64,000 nucleotides of DNA from a virus. A program made the position numbers and the translations under genes. Below are positions 30,784 through 48,326 of this stretch, piece after piece (position 1 is the stretch's first letter; every line of letters begins with the position of its first letter). The notes under the pieces are model-generated. The model ran no database searches and was not told the DNA's origin. It saw nothing but the letters and a program-made list of their open reading frames with translations. The stretch is taken from IMG/VR virus record IMGVR_UViG_3300043427_002369, positions 9,509-73,508 of that record; one strand, 5' to 3'.

Positions 30784-32343
30784 ATGCCAGCACCCGCACC
30801 TACAATTCAACTTAAAAGAGGTCTTTTCGTAGATCTACCTGGTCTTAAGGCAGGTGAACCAGGATTTACTACGGATACCAATGATCTGTATATTGGTATC
30901 AATAGCACAACTCAGGATAATAAGTTCTTTGGCAGTTCTAGATACTGGGAAAGAGAGAACAATTCAAACAATACTTCTGCTGTTTTAAAACTATATAACC
31001 CAGCTGGTAGCGGAAGTATTAATTTAAATGCACCAGTGGGCCATTCTGGTGTCACAACTTATACTCTCCCTTCAGTTGCTCCTGTAGGAACAGGACACTT
31101 TTTAACTGCTGATGCCAACGGCGTTCTTTCTTGGGAAAGTGTTAGCGCATCGGCAACATTTAGTAATGCCAATTTAACTGGAATTACTACAATTGCATAT
31201 ATTGATGGAACAGATGCTACTTTCACTGGAATTGTAACTTCATCTTCTTTCTATGTTGATACCACCAAGGTTCTTTCAACAGAAGGTGGTCTAGTTACTC
31301 TTTCTGGAATTGCAACAATTGATTCTACAACTAAGTCAACTTTAGAGTCTATTCTAAGTCTTGACCCCAATGATTTCGATACTCTTAATGTAACTGGTAT
31401 TGGAACATTTGGTGGTCTTCTTGATGCTAATGCTGGTTTAGATGTTACTGGTCACACTGAACTCGGTGACCTAAATGTAACTGGAGTTGCAACATTCACT
31501 AGCGCAATTAATGCAGATCTCTCAGGAAATGCTGGAACTGCAACTTCCCTTGCTAATGCTAGAGATTTTGACATTAGCGGATCTTTTGTAACTGCAACTG
31601 CGGTTTCTTTTGACGGAACAGGTAATGTTTCATTAGCGGCAACAATCGCTCCAAACTCAATTACACTTGGAACTTACACTTCAGGTGATTATGTTGCATC
31701 ATTCACCGCAGGTGATGGTTTAACAGGAGATGCTTCAGGAGCAGGTTCAACTCCAACACTTTCAGTTAATGTTGGTGCTGGTATCACTATTGCATCTGAC
31801 AATGTTGCTTTCAAAAATGCTAGTTCTTTATCAGATAATACACTCCAAAAGTGGGATGACACTAATGAGCAATTAGTCAATTCCATCATTAGTGATAATG
31901 GAACTACTGCTACTGTTACTGGTGGATTAACTGTTACTGGTGATTTAACAATCAACGGAACAACAACTCAAGTTAATACTACTGAGTTGACTGTTTATGA
32001 CAGAACTATTACCCTCGGTATTCAGACTGGATCAACTCCAGTTGATACAAGCTGGGATCTTGGAGTTCTGATGAATTATGGTGATGCAGGAGTTGCTAAG
32101 ACTGCTGGTTTTGTTTGGGATTTTGGAACTAAGAGATTCCAATTTGCTTCTAATGCAGACAATCCTGCGGTCGGTGTTAATACAACAACTCCAGATATTA
32201 CAGTTTCTGATTTTGCTTCTATTGAAGTTGGGGGTCTTTGGATTAACAATGGCTGTTCAAGTGGCACTAAAGAGATTATTGGATGCACCAACTCAGAATT
32301 GCATCTAATGAATATAATTGTTGATGGTGGAAGTTTCACCTGA
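30784..32343 (+). CDS. Fibre-like structural protein
   Basis: ATG 30784 with AGAGGA RBS preferred over TTG 30760; N-terminal IQLKRG...L.AGEP.FTTDT..LYIG (Mtd-N-like) then Thr/Gly-rich beta repeats. Confidence 0.8.
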   Translation: MPAPAPTIQLKRGLFVDLPGLKAGEPGFTTDTNDLYIGINSTTQDNKFFGSSRYWERENNSNNTSAVLKLYNPAGSGSINLNAPVGHSGVTTYTLPSVAPVGTGHFLTADANGVLSWESVSASATFSNANLTGITTIAYIDGTDATFTGIVTSSSFYVDTTKVLSTEGGLVTLSGIATIDSTTKSTLESILSLDPNDFDTLNVTGIGTFGGLLDANAGLDVTGHTELGDLNVTGVATFTSAINADLSGNAGTATSLANARDFDISGSFVTATAVSFDGTGNVSLAATIAPNSITLGTYTSGDYVASFTAGDGLTGDASGAGSTPTLSVNVGAGITIASDNVAFKNASSLSDNTLQKWDDTNEQLVNSIISDNGTTATVTGGLTVTGDLTINGTTTQVNTTELTVYDRTITLGIQTGSTPVDTSWDLGVLMNYGDAGVAKTAGFVWDFGTKRFQFASNADNPAVGVNTTTPDITVSDFASIEVGGLWINNGCSSGTKEIIGCTNSELHLMNIIVDGGSFT

Positions 32344-32363
32344 TAATTAAATAATACATTTCT

Positions 32364-32395
32364 AAATAGGGGGGTATATACCCCCCTATTTTTTT
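32364..32395 (+). terminator. Rho-independent terminator (perfect 28-bp palindrome plus T-tract)
   Basis: AAATAGGGGGGTATATACCCCCCTATTT followed by further Ts. Confidence 0.85.
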
Positions 32396-32587
32396 ATGAA
32401 TGAAGAAGATTATAAAGCAGTAATTGCTTCATACCAACAAAAAGCATTTGAATTGTTCAATCAAAATATTGTTTTAGAAACTCAGATTAGTAGTTTGAGA
32501 AAAACTGTTGAAACTTTGACGATTGAAAATGAAAAATTAAAAAAAGTTAAAAAACCCACTAAGCAAGATGCCGGAGACTTTGTTTGA
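32396..32587 (+). CDS. Small coiled-coil protein (possible fibre assembly chaperone)
   Basis: 63 aa, heptad pattern, follows a fibre gene. Confidence 0.7.
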   Translation: MNEEDYKAVIASYQQKAFELFNQNIVLETQISSLRKTVETLTIENEKLKKVKKPTKQDAGDFV

Positions 32588-32611
32588 TTATTACTTTGCA
32601 TTTAAATAATA

Positions 32612-32619
32612 CATAAATA
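32612..32619 (+). promoter_or_regulatory. Late promoter (CATAAATA)
   Basis: NATAAATA, intergenic. Confidence 0.65.
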
Positions 32620-32623
32620 ATAA

Positions 32624-32647
32624 AAAACCTTTTATATAAAAGGTTTT
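32624..32647. repeat. Perfect 24-bp palindrome
   Basis: AAAACCTTTTATATAAAAGGTTTT directly after the late promoter. Confidence 0.85.
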
Positions 32648-32676
32648 ACGGTAAATACCATTTATGGGGTTAGTGA

Positions 32677-35031
32677 ATGGCAGCACCTATAATTAGGATT
32701 AAAAGATCTTCAGTTCCCGGAAAACGCCCTTCAGTAGAGCAACTTCCATCGGGGGAACTCGCTTTAAATACTTATGATGCTGAATTATTTGTAAGAAGAG
32801 AGCGTTCTGGAATAGGCACTGATGTTGTAAGAGTCGGTGCTGGAGCAACAGTAACAAATATTTTATATGTCACAAAAGATGGAAGCGATACAAACACAGG
32901 AAAAAAACTTGGAGACGCAAAGGCAACCATCAAAGGAGCGATCTCAGCAGCAACAGAAGGAACAGTTATTAAAGTTTCTGCTGGATCTTATGTAGAAAAT
33001 AATCCCATTGAGCTGCTGCCTCAGGTTAGTATAGTTGGAGATAGTTTAAGAGAAGTATCAGTTTCTCCTTTAAATTCTGGACAAGACTTATTTCATGTTG
33101 CTCCGGGAAATTATATTACTGATATGTCCTTTACTGGGACTATGAACTCCGGTTCAGCAATTTGTGCATTTAACCCAAATACAGTTAGATATTTTGATCA
33201 ATCACCTTACATAAGAAACTGTACCAATTTCATTCATAATAGCACTGGTCTAAAAATAGACGGTCAGCACGCTATTGGTAAACTTAAAAGTATAGTAATT
33301 GACTCATTTACTCAATATAATCAAGGTGGTATTGGCGTTTCCATTACAAATGAAGGATATGCTCAGTTAGTTTCTTTATTCACGATTTGTAATGATGTTG
33401 CAGTTTTTTGTGGAAGTGGGGGTGCTTGTGATTTAACAAACTCAAACTCCTCTTTTGGTAACTATGCATTAGTTGCCGATGGAGTAGGTCCAAAAAAATA
33501 TACTGGAATTGTTACTAGTTCTCAATCTGTGAATAGTGACACTTTTGTGATTGATTTAAATGTACCGACATTAAATATAACTTCAGCATTTTATAATAAT
33601 ACAACTGGAATATTAACAGCATATACTTCTTCTGCACATAAGTTTTCTGTTGGGATGGGAGTATCTATTGCTGGTCTTGGATTTACTTGCCAATCTGGGC
33701 CAGGAATTGTTACGTATCCTTCAGGAAATCAGGGGGGTTATGTTTTTAGAGTAAATACTGTTGCTCCTGGTAGATATATTGATTCTTATAACTTAATACA
33801 AGCAAATAGACAAGAAATTATTGATACAGCATATGCGCAAATTGCAATATCACATCCGTTTTTTACAAATCCAAATCCCAATAAATGTAAAAGAGATATA
33901 GGGTATTTGGTCGATGCAGTTTCTTTAGATGTTAGAGACTATACCGATGAGCAAACAATTAAATTTGTAAAAGCATATTTTGACAAATCTGGATTTTTAA
34001 TCGTAAATGGACTTGATGGAGAGACGCAAGAATCAATTACTGCATTTAATAAAGCTAGAGATTTAATGAAACTTGCGATTACTAATAATTTAACAGTAAA
34101 AGATCTTAGTATTACCGCAGACCCAGCAACCGGATCAAATACAAGTCAATCATCTTGCTCAGATGTTAGAACATTTATTGACAATTTAGTTTCTATTGTA
34201 ACAACTCCGATAGGTGAAGGTGATACGAGTTCTTTACCAGCAAATGTTTCTATGGCAAGCACTATTTTTAGTGCATATGTAGGAACTTCTACTTTACCCC
34301 ACACTTATAATTCTGGAGGAACTGTAAAAATTGATGTTGTTAGACCTTTCGATGGGCAAGTAGTTTATTTTGGAGATCTTTATTATACTGTTGGCAGTAT
34401 TTCAGTTTCTGCAGGGGGAACTGGTTATACTGGAAATGCAGATGTTACAATCTCACCACCAGATACTAATTGGGGAGTTCCTGCATCTGCTGTAGCGGAA
34501 GTTAAAAATGGATCAATTGTTGGAATTGAAATGGTTTCTAGTGGTAGGGGATATAGTTATCCCCCATCAGTTTCAATAAGCTCACCTAATGTGGGAATAA
34601 ATACAGCAACAGCTACTGTTAATTTAGTTCCAACTTATTATGTAATTACTTCTTCTACTCCCATTTCCGCTGGTATATGCACTATTACATTGAGTGATAA
34701 TGTTCCTTATGAGGTTGGAGTTGGTACTGCAGTTCCATTTTTTAAACAAAGTAGATTATTAGCTTCTGGACATTCTTTGGAGTATATTGGATCTGGAACT
34801 AATATTGATACGGCCCTTCCTTCAACGGGTGGAGTTCCCATTCAAGACCAGGAAGTTGATATGAGAAATGGTGGTCTTGTTGTTTTTACTTCGACAGATC
34901 AGTCTGGTAATTTTAGAATTGGTGATGGTGTTGTTGTTAATCAGCAAACTGGAACCATTTCTGGAACATTCTATTCTAAGAGTTTGTTTTCATCATTAAC
35001 ACCATTTATTCTAGCATTAGGAGGAGAATAA
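32677..35031 (+). CDS. Structural protein: Mtd-N-like head, beta-helix/pectin-lyase-like scaffold, nested phycobiliprotein-like insert
   Basis: IRIKRS...L.SGELALNTYD; LYVTKDGSD.NTG...ATIKGA...G.YVENNP...VSIVGDSLR; SPYIRNCT; KCKRDIGY insert. Confidence 0.8.
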   Translation: MAAPIIRIKRSSVPGKRPSVEQLPSGELALNTYDAELFVRRERSGIGTDVVRVGAGATVTNILYVTKDGSDTNTGKKLGDAKATIKGAISAATEGTVIKVSAGSYVENNPIELLPQVSIVGDSLREVSVSPLNSGQDLFHVAPGNYITDMSFTGTMNSGSAICAFNPNTVRYFDQSPYIRNCTNFIHNSTGLKIDGQHAIGKLKSIVIDSFTQYNQGGIGVSITNEGYAQLVSLFTICNDVAVFCGSGGACDLTNSNSSFGNYALVADGVGPKKYTGIVTSSQSVNSDTFVIDLNVPTLNITSAFYNNTTGILTAYTSSAHKFSVGMGVSIAGLGFTCQSGPGIVTYPSGNQGGYVFRVNTVAPGRYIDSYNLIQANRQEIIDTAYAQIAISHPFFTNPNPNKCKRDIGYLVDAVSLDVRDYTDEQTIKFVKAYFDKSGFLIVNGLDGETQESITAFNKARDLMKLAITNNLTVKDLSITADPATGSNTSQSSCSDVRTFIDNLVSIVTTPIGEGDTSSLPANVSMASTIFSAYVGTSTLPHTYNSGGTVKIDVVRPFDGQVVYFGDLYYTVGSISVSAGGTGYTGNADVTISPPDTNWGVPASAVAEVKNGSIVGIEMVSSGRGYSYPPSVSISSPNVGINTATATVNLVPTYYVITSSTPISAGICTITLSDNVPYEVGVGTAVPFFKQSRLLASGHSLEYIGSGTNIDTALPSTGGVPIQDQEVDMRNGGLVVFTSTDQSGNFRIGDGVVVNQQTGTISGTFYSKSLFSSLTPFILALGGE

Positions 35032-35035
35032 TAAA

Positions 35036-35377
35036 ATGGCATTAGCACTTAATGTATTCCAGACTGTTACCTCAGTTATCACAACTAATCCAGTTGGAAT
35101 TTATACTGCTCCAGTTGGATATACTGGAGTTATCCTCCTAGCACAAGTTGCAAATATTGGTGGAAATTCTGAAGATATTTCTTTATCACATCAAAGATCA
35201 GTTGCTGGAATAGCAGTAACTACGGAAATGTTAAAGCAATATCCCATTTCGGCAAATGATACTGTTAATTTACTTTCCGGAAAATTAGTTCTTGAAAGTG
35301 GCGATACTTTAGTTCTTTATGGTAGCAATGGATCTAATTTAAAATTTGTTGCAAGTATTTTAGAAACACTTAACTAA
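35036..35377 (+). CDS. Small beta-sandwich putative virion protein
   Basis: 113 aa, AGGAG RBS; IYTAP.G...GKLVLESGD...SILET pattern. Confidence 0.8.
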   Translation: MALALNVFQTVTSVITTNPVGIYTAPVGYTGVILLAQVANIGGNSEDISLSHQRSVAGIAVTTEMLKQYPISANDTVNLLSGKLVLESGDTLVLYGSNGSNLKFVASILETLN

Positions 35378-43669
<8,292 letters not shown>

Positions 43670-43670
43670 T

Positions 43671-44102
43671 ATGAGAGAAAATTATACTTACAATTGGGAA
43701 ATACTTTCTATTACCAAAATGAATCTTGAAGATAACAATAATGTAATCTTCAAGATTATATGGAGATTGATTGGAATAGATCCAAATGGTGTAGAGGGAG
43801 TATTTAAGGGATCCACCGAACTAACACTACCAGATCAATTTGATGATAATTTTATCGAATATGAAAATATAACCCAAGAAAATATTATTAACTGGATTCA
43901 GCAGATTTTAAATATGGATGATGTTTATTCTGCTATAGATGATGATATGGAAAAAAATAAAAAGCAGATAGAAATTGTTTTTAATGGACAATATCCTTGG
44001 CAACAAATTACTATAGATCCGACTCCAGTAGATCCATCCACAATATTACATGATGCTACGGGTTTACTCACAATATCACCAGAACAAAGTTTCTCTAATT
44101 AA
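43671..44102 (+). CDS. Hypothetical protein, possible tail-fibre assembly factor
   Basis: ATG 43671 right after the fibre stop; Y.W.I...W...G...FIEYENITQENII.W pattern. Confidence 0.7.
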   Translation: MRENYTYNWEILSITKMNLEDNNNVIFKIIWRLIGIDPNGVEGVFKGSTELTLPDQFDDNFIEYENITQENIINWIQQILNMDDVYSAIDDDMEKNKKQIEIVFNGQYPWQQITIDPTPVDPSTILHDATGLLTISPEQSFSN

Positions 44103-44104
44103 AT

Positions 44105-46144
44105 ATGGTATTACAAAGCAGCGGCGCTATTAGCTTATCTAATATTCAAACGGAATTTGGAGGAACTAATCCGATTTCAATCAGTGAATATTATGCTGCA
44201 GCTGCAGGTGTTCCTTCTAGTGGGGCTATAGATTTTAGTGATTTTTATGGGAAGTCTTCGACTCCAGCTCCAGCAACAGGAAGAGGTCTTTTTGCAGGAG
44301 GTTATAATACACCAACACCTACTACGTCTATAACTTATAATATAATAGATTATGTCACAATATCAACAGCAGGAAACGCAACTGATTTTGGTGATTTAAC
44401 TGTAGGACGCAGATATATTTCAGGATGTTCCTCAAGCACTCGTGCAGTTTTTGGTGGTGGTCAGGCGACTACCGTAGTTATCAATAACATAGACTATGTC
44501 ACAATAGCAACCACAGGAAATGCTATTGATTTTGGGGATTTAACCGGCGCAACTCGCTATGGATACGGATCATTTTCCAATAGCACTCGTGGAGTTTTTG
44601 GTAGCGGTCAGTCGGTCACGCCGGCGGTGGTGGTGTTAAACGTAATAGACTATGTCACAATAGCAACTACAGGAAATGCTACTGATTTTGGGGATTTAAC
44701 TTTGGCACGTTCAGCTGCTTCAGGTTGTTCTTCACCAACTCGTGGAGTTTTTAGTGGTGGATTTGTTTCTCCAATTGCATATAATATAATAGACTATGTT
44801 ACAATAGCAACCACAGGAAATGCTATTGATTTTGGGGATTTAACTGCAGCACGCAGTATTATTAGTTCATGTTCTTCAAGCACTCGTGGAGTTTTTGGTG
44901 GGGGTGGATATTTAAACATAATAGACTATGTCACAATAGCAACCACAGGAAATGCTACAGATTTTGGTGATTTAAGCGGAGATCGGGTGGGTGCGGCCGC
45001 ACCTTCCAATAGTACTCGCGGAGTTTTTGGTGGTGGAGCTACATTTATAACGCCAGCAATAATATACATTAACACAATAGAATACATTACAATAGCAACC
45101 ACAGGAAATGCTATTGATTTTGGTGATCTAAGTATAACGAGAGGGGATCTTGCAGGATGTTCAGACTCTCACGGCGGTCTCGATGGCGGCGGTGGTGGTG
45201 GCGGCGGGATTGGAAGAGGTGTCTTTGCTGGTGGCGGCATACTTCCTTCCACAGTTCTAAACACTATAGAATACATTACAATAGCAACAACAGGTAATTC
45301 TACCGATTTTGGTGATTTAACCGTAGCACGGAATGTGGCAGCATGTTCCTCAAGCACTCGTGGTGCATTTGCTGGTGGAGCAGTTGGCGCAGCACCAACA
45401 ACAACATATTATAATAATATAGACTATATCACAATAGCAACGACTGGTAATGCTATTGATTTTGGTGATTTAACCGTGACAAGAAGCGGTTCTAGGGCTT
45501 GCTCTTCAAGCACTCGTGGTGTATTTGGTGGTGGTTTCTCTCCAACATTATATTTAAACACTATAGACTACATCACAATAGCAACAACAGGTAATACTAT
45601 TGATTTTGGTGATTTAACCGCGGCTCGAACAGGTCTATCGGCATGTTCTTCAAGCACTCGCGGGATATTTAGTGGAGGCAACGCTGCTGCACCTGCTATA
45701 ACACCAGCAACATTCTATAATACTATAGAATATATAACTATAGCAACAACAGGTAATGCTACTGATTTTGGAGATATGCTCACAAGACGCACATCCCTAT
45801 CGGCATGTTCTTCAAGCACTCGTGGATTATTTGCAGGAGGTACATCACCATCGCCAATAGCAAATGTATATTATAACATTATAGAATATATAACAATAGC
45901 AACGACTGGTAATGCTACTGATTTTGGTGATTTAACTGTCCCGCGTGGATATTTTGGTGCATGTTCCTCAAGCACTCGTGGAGTTTTTGCTGGTGGATAT
46001 GATATTCTTTCACCTGTTGTAACTTATAATACGATAGACTACATCACAATAGCAACAACAGGTAATGCTACTGATTTTGGTGATTTATCAGCATTAATTT
46101 ATTCATTGGACGGATGTTCAGACTCTCACGGGGGTCTAGCATAA
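44105..46144 (+). CDS. Putative fibre-tip adhesin: small N-terminal anchor plus two 6-blade Kelch-like beta-propellers
   Basis: N-term LQSSGAISLSNIQTEFGG.NPISISEYY...I.FSDFYGK; 12 repeats of RGVFGGG-(var)-N.IDY.TIATTGNA.DFGDLT-(var)-CSSST. Confidence 0.8.
   Translation: MVLQSSGAISLSNIQTEFGGTNPISISEYYAAAAGVPSSGAIDFSDFYGKSSTPAPATGRGLFAGGYNTPTPTTSITYNIIDYVTISTAGNATDFGDLTVGRRYISGCSSSTRAVFGGGQATTVVINNIDYVTIATTGNAIDFGDLTGATRYGYGSFSNSTRGVFGSGQSVTPAVVVLNVIDYVTIATTGNATDFGDLTLARSAASGCSSPTRGVFSGGFVSPIAYNIIDYVTIATTGNAIDFGDLTAARSIISSCSSSTRGVFGGGGYLNIIDYVTIATTGNATDFGDLSGDRVGAAAPSNSTRGVFGGGATFITPAIIYINTIEYITIATTGNAIDFGDLSITRGDLAGCSDSHGGLDGGGGGGGGIGRGVFAGGGILPSTVLNTIEYITIATTGNSTDFGDLTVARNVAACSSSTRGAFAGGAVGAAPTTTYYNNIDYITIATTGNAIDFGDLTVTRSGSRACSSSTRGVFGGGFSPTLYLNTIDYITIATTGNTIDFGDLTAARTGLSACSSSTRGIFSGGNAAAPAITPATFYNTIEYITIATTGNATDFGDMLTRRTSLSACSSSTRGLFAGGTSPSPIANVYYNIIEYITIATTGNATDFGDLTVPRGYFGACSSSTRGVFAGGYDILSPVVTYNTIDYITIATTGNATDFGDLSALIYSLDGCSDSHGGLA
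44279..46138 (+). repeat. 12 coding repeats (2 x 6) with constant scaffold and variable loops
   Basis: Near-constant ~55-bp core ATAGACTATGTCACAATAGCAACCACAGGAAATGCTATTGATTTTGGGGATTTAAC; both sets end CSDSHGGL; poly-Gly linker 45182-45211. Confidence 0.92.
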
Positions 46145-46147
46145 ATA
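46140..46147 (+). promoter_or_regulatory. Late promoter (CATAAATA) overlapping stop codon
   Basis: NATAAATA 24 nt before ATG 46172. Confidence 0.6.
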
Positions 46148-46171
46148 TCATTAGACAATGATTTGAATTAT

Positions 46172-47020
46172 ATGTCATCAGAACTTAGTATTAATATTTC
46201 ATCAATACATAAGGACCTTTCAACACTTCCACAAGAATACACTGGAATGTTGAGTCATATTAGAGAAGGTCTACCAGCAGTCGAAAGAGTCACAGAAAAC
46301 TTTTACAAGTCTGGTTCTCAGTTTAAAAATGTAACTCTGGATATTACTGATTTAACACCAATCAGTAGTGTTAAGCATATTCTTGCGTCTATTAATAAAA
46401 CCAAGATGGCACTTACTGAAGCTCAACTTGGAAGAAAAAAAACAGAGATCAATCTAAAAAAGAAACAAAAAGAACTCGAAACAATCGAAGATGAATTCGA
46501 TAGAGAACTTTGTCAAATTGAAATTATTGAAATGATGAGTGGGTTAAAGACCTCAGAAGATGTTATGAAAGGTGCGATCAGAAAACTTTCATTTCTGATG
46601 ACACAATATCAATCGGTTATGGATCATCTTGGAAAAGATCATTTAACCGAAGAAGATTACGAAAGAGAAGAAAGACGATATCATATTATGACTGCATTTA
46701 AGCAAGCATTGAACTCATCTCGCCCAAGACAAGGTGTTATGGATGAAGGAAATTCAATTTATATGTTTGAACTTGGTATCAATGTTGGTCACGCTCAAGC
46801 AGAAATTCTCAATTACCTTCGGATGGAACATCAGTTGTTCCAAGAAGGAAAGGTTCCAACTCACGAAATGACAATAAAGTGGTTAGAGGCTTGTGCGGAT
46901 TTATTTGAAAATTGTCCAGAAAAATTTGCAGAAAGTCGTGGATTTAAAGTTTTAGATCAAAAATCATTAGCAGCACCAGAACCTTATAAATCAATCGAAG
47001 CATCAAAAACTGAGGAATAA
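46172..47020 (+). CDS. Hypothetical helical/coiled-coil protein
   Basis: ~282 aa from ATG 46172 (track starts at TTG 46163); central charged coiled coil; no catalytic motif recognised. Confidence 0.75.
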   Translation: MSSELSINISSIHKDLSTLPQEYTGMLSHIREGLPAVERVTENFYKSGSQFKNVTLDITDLTPISSVKHILASINKTKMALTEAQLGRKKTEINLKKKQKELETIEDEFDRELCQIEIIEMMSGLKTSEDVMKGAIRKLSFLMTQYQSVMDHLGKDHLTEEDYEREERRYHIMTAFKQALNSSRPRQGVMDEGNSIYMFELGINVGHAQAEILNYLRMEHQLFQEGKVPTHEMTIKWLEACADLFENCPEKFAESRGFKVLDQKSLAAPEPYKSIEASKTEE

Positions 47021-47023
47021 ATT

Positions 47024-47788
47024 ATGTTTCATCTTGCTATTGGAACTCCAATGTATGGAGGTCAGTGTACTAGTGAATATACACAATCCGTTTTAAATTT
47101 AACAGAAGCAATTAACACAAGCGGCAATAGAGTAACTTCAATTTTTCTTGGAAATGAGTCATTAATTCAAAGAGGAAGAAATACAATTGCTCACCATTTC
47201 TTAAATACAGATGCCACACATCTGATCTTTATTGATGCTGATATTAAATTCAGACCTGGCGACATCGCTAAAATGATCAAGGCAGATAAAGAATTAATCA
47301 TTGGCCCAGTTCCACTAAAAGGTATTGACTGGGAAAACGTAAGAATGTGTGCTCTTGAGGGAAAGGAAAATCTTTGGAAACAGGGTGGTGTGTTTAACAT
47401 TAATCATCTTGATGGGCATTTTATGCAAGATGAAGAAGAACCTTTTGAAATTAAGCACGGTGGTGGTGCAATGATGCTCATCAAAAGAGAAGTATTTGAA
47501 AGTCTAATTCCACATACGGACACTTACATTAATGGTGGAGTGACAATTCCACAAGGAAAAGAGATTTATAACTTCTTTAGAGTTGAGATTAACGAAGAAA
47601 AACAACTTTTATCTGAAGATTATTTCTTCTGCGAATCTTATAGGAAAATTGGTGGAAAAGTTTGGTGTGCTCCTTGGTTTGATGTGGGGCATTTTGGATC
47701 TTACCTATTCTCAGGTAAGTATTCTGAAACTTTTAAACCAGAAATCACCAAGCCCAAGTCACCGCAGAATATCTTTTCCCAACTGTAA
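47024..47788 (+). CDS. GT-A fold (GT2-like) glycosyltransferase
   Basis: IGTPMYGG, ESLIQRGRN, LIFIDADI (DxD), G.MMLIKREVFE, LSEDYFFC, GHFG; GAGGA RBS. Confidence 0.8.
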   Translation: MFHLAIGTPMYGGQCTSEYTQSVLNLTEAINTSGNRVTSIFLGNESLIQRGRNTIAHHFLNTDATHLIFIDADIKFRPGDIAKMIKADKELIIGPVPLKGIDWENVRMCALEGKENLWKQGGVFNINHLDGHFMQDEEEPFEIKHGGGAMMLIKREVFESLIPHTDTYINGGVTIPQGKEIYNFFRVEINEEKQLLSEDYFFCESYRKIGGKVWCAPWFDVGHFGSYLFSGKYSETFKPEITKPKSPQNIFSQL

Positions 47789-48326
47789 CTTCTTTAACTT
47801 GATGTGGATACATAAAATTACTCGGGAACATAATAATGTCTCCACATCCAAGTTTTACTGCCTGATCTCCCCAGAATACTAACTCACCACCAGTATAATC
47901 ATCATTAAAATTTAAAATGAAACTGAGAACTGGAATTCCTTTTTCGTTACCATCAAATATTGAATGAATATGGTCAAAGTGTTCTCTCATTATTTGACCT
48001 TTTGAATAACGATTAAACCGAATATTGCAAAATTTATTCATAATTTGGCACATTCTTGGAATATCCAAATAAGCAAACTTTGAATTATAAATTGCTCCCG
48101 CTTGAATGACATATGGAGTAAGAACTTGATTCAACTCTGGAGATGCAGTTTGTACATCCAATTCCATCGTTTCTTCGCTACTAGCATTGTTACTAATAGG
48201 ACTATGCCATTGATGGGGGGACCATTGATTTTCCTCTATTTGTTGAATAATATCAACGCATAAATCTTTTGGAATAAATTCTTTTTCCAAATGAACATAA
48301 TCTTTAATATTTTCGTATCTAATCAT
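47745..48326 (-). CDS. 2OG-Fe(II) oxygenase, prolyl-4-hydroxylase-like
   Basis: RY..GQ.MREHFD (HxD), LNDDYTGGEL-like, FPSNFMYPHQV (distal His), GKRYS (RxS). Confidence 0.88.
   Translation of the reverse strand: MIRYENIKDYVHLEKEFIPKDLCVDIIQQIEENQWSPHQWHSPISNNASSEETMELDVQTASPELNQVLTPYVIQAGAIYNSKFAYLDIPRMCQIMNKFCNIRFNRYSKGQIMREHFDHIHSIFDGNEKGIPVLSFILNFNDDYTGGELVFWGDQAVKLGCGDIIMFPSNFMYPHQVKEVTVGKRYSAVTWAW

Noticed and set aside
44279-46138. CRISPR-like alternation of constant repeat and variable spacer
   Set aside because: All units are in frame in one ORF, repeats vary at synonymous sites, and no cas genes or leader are present
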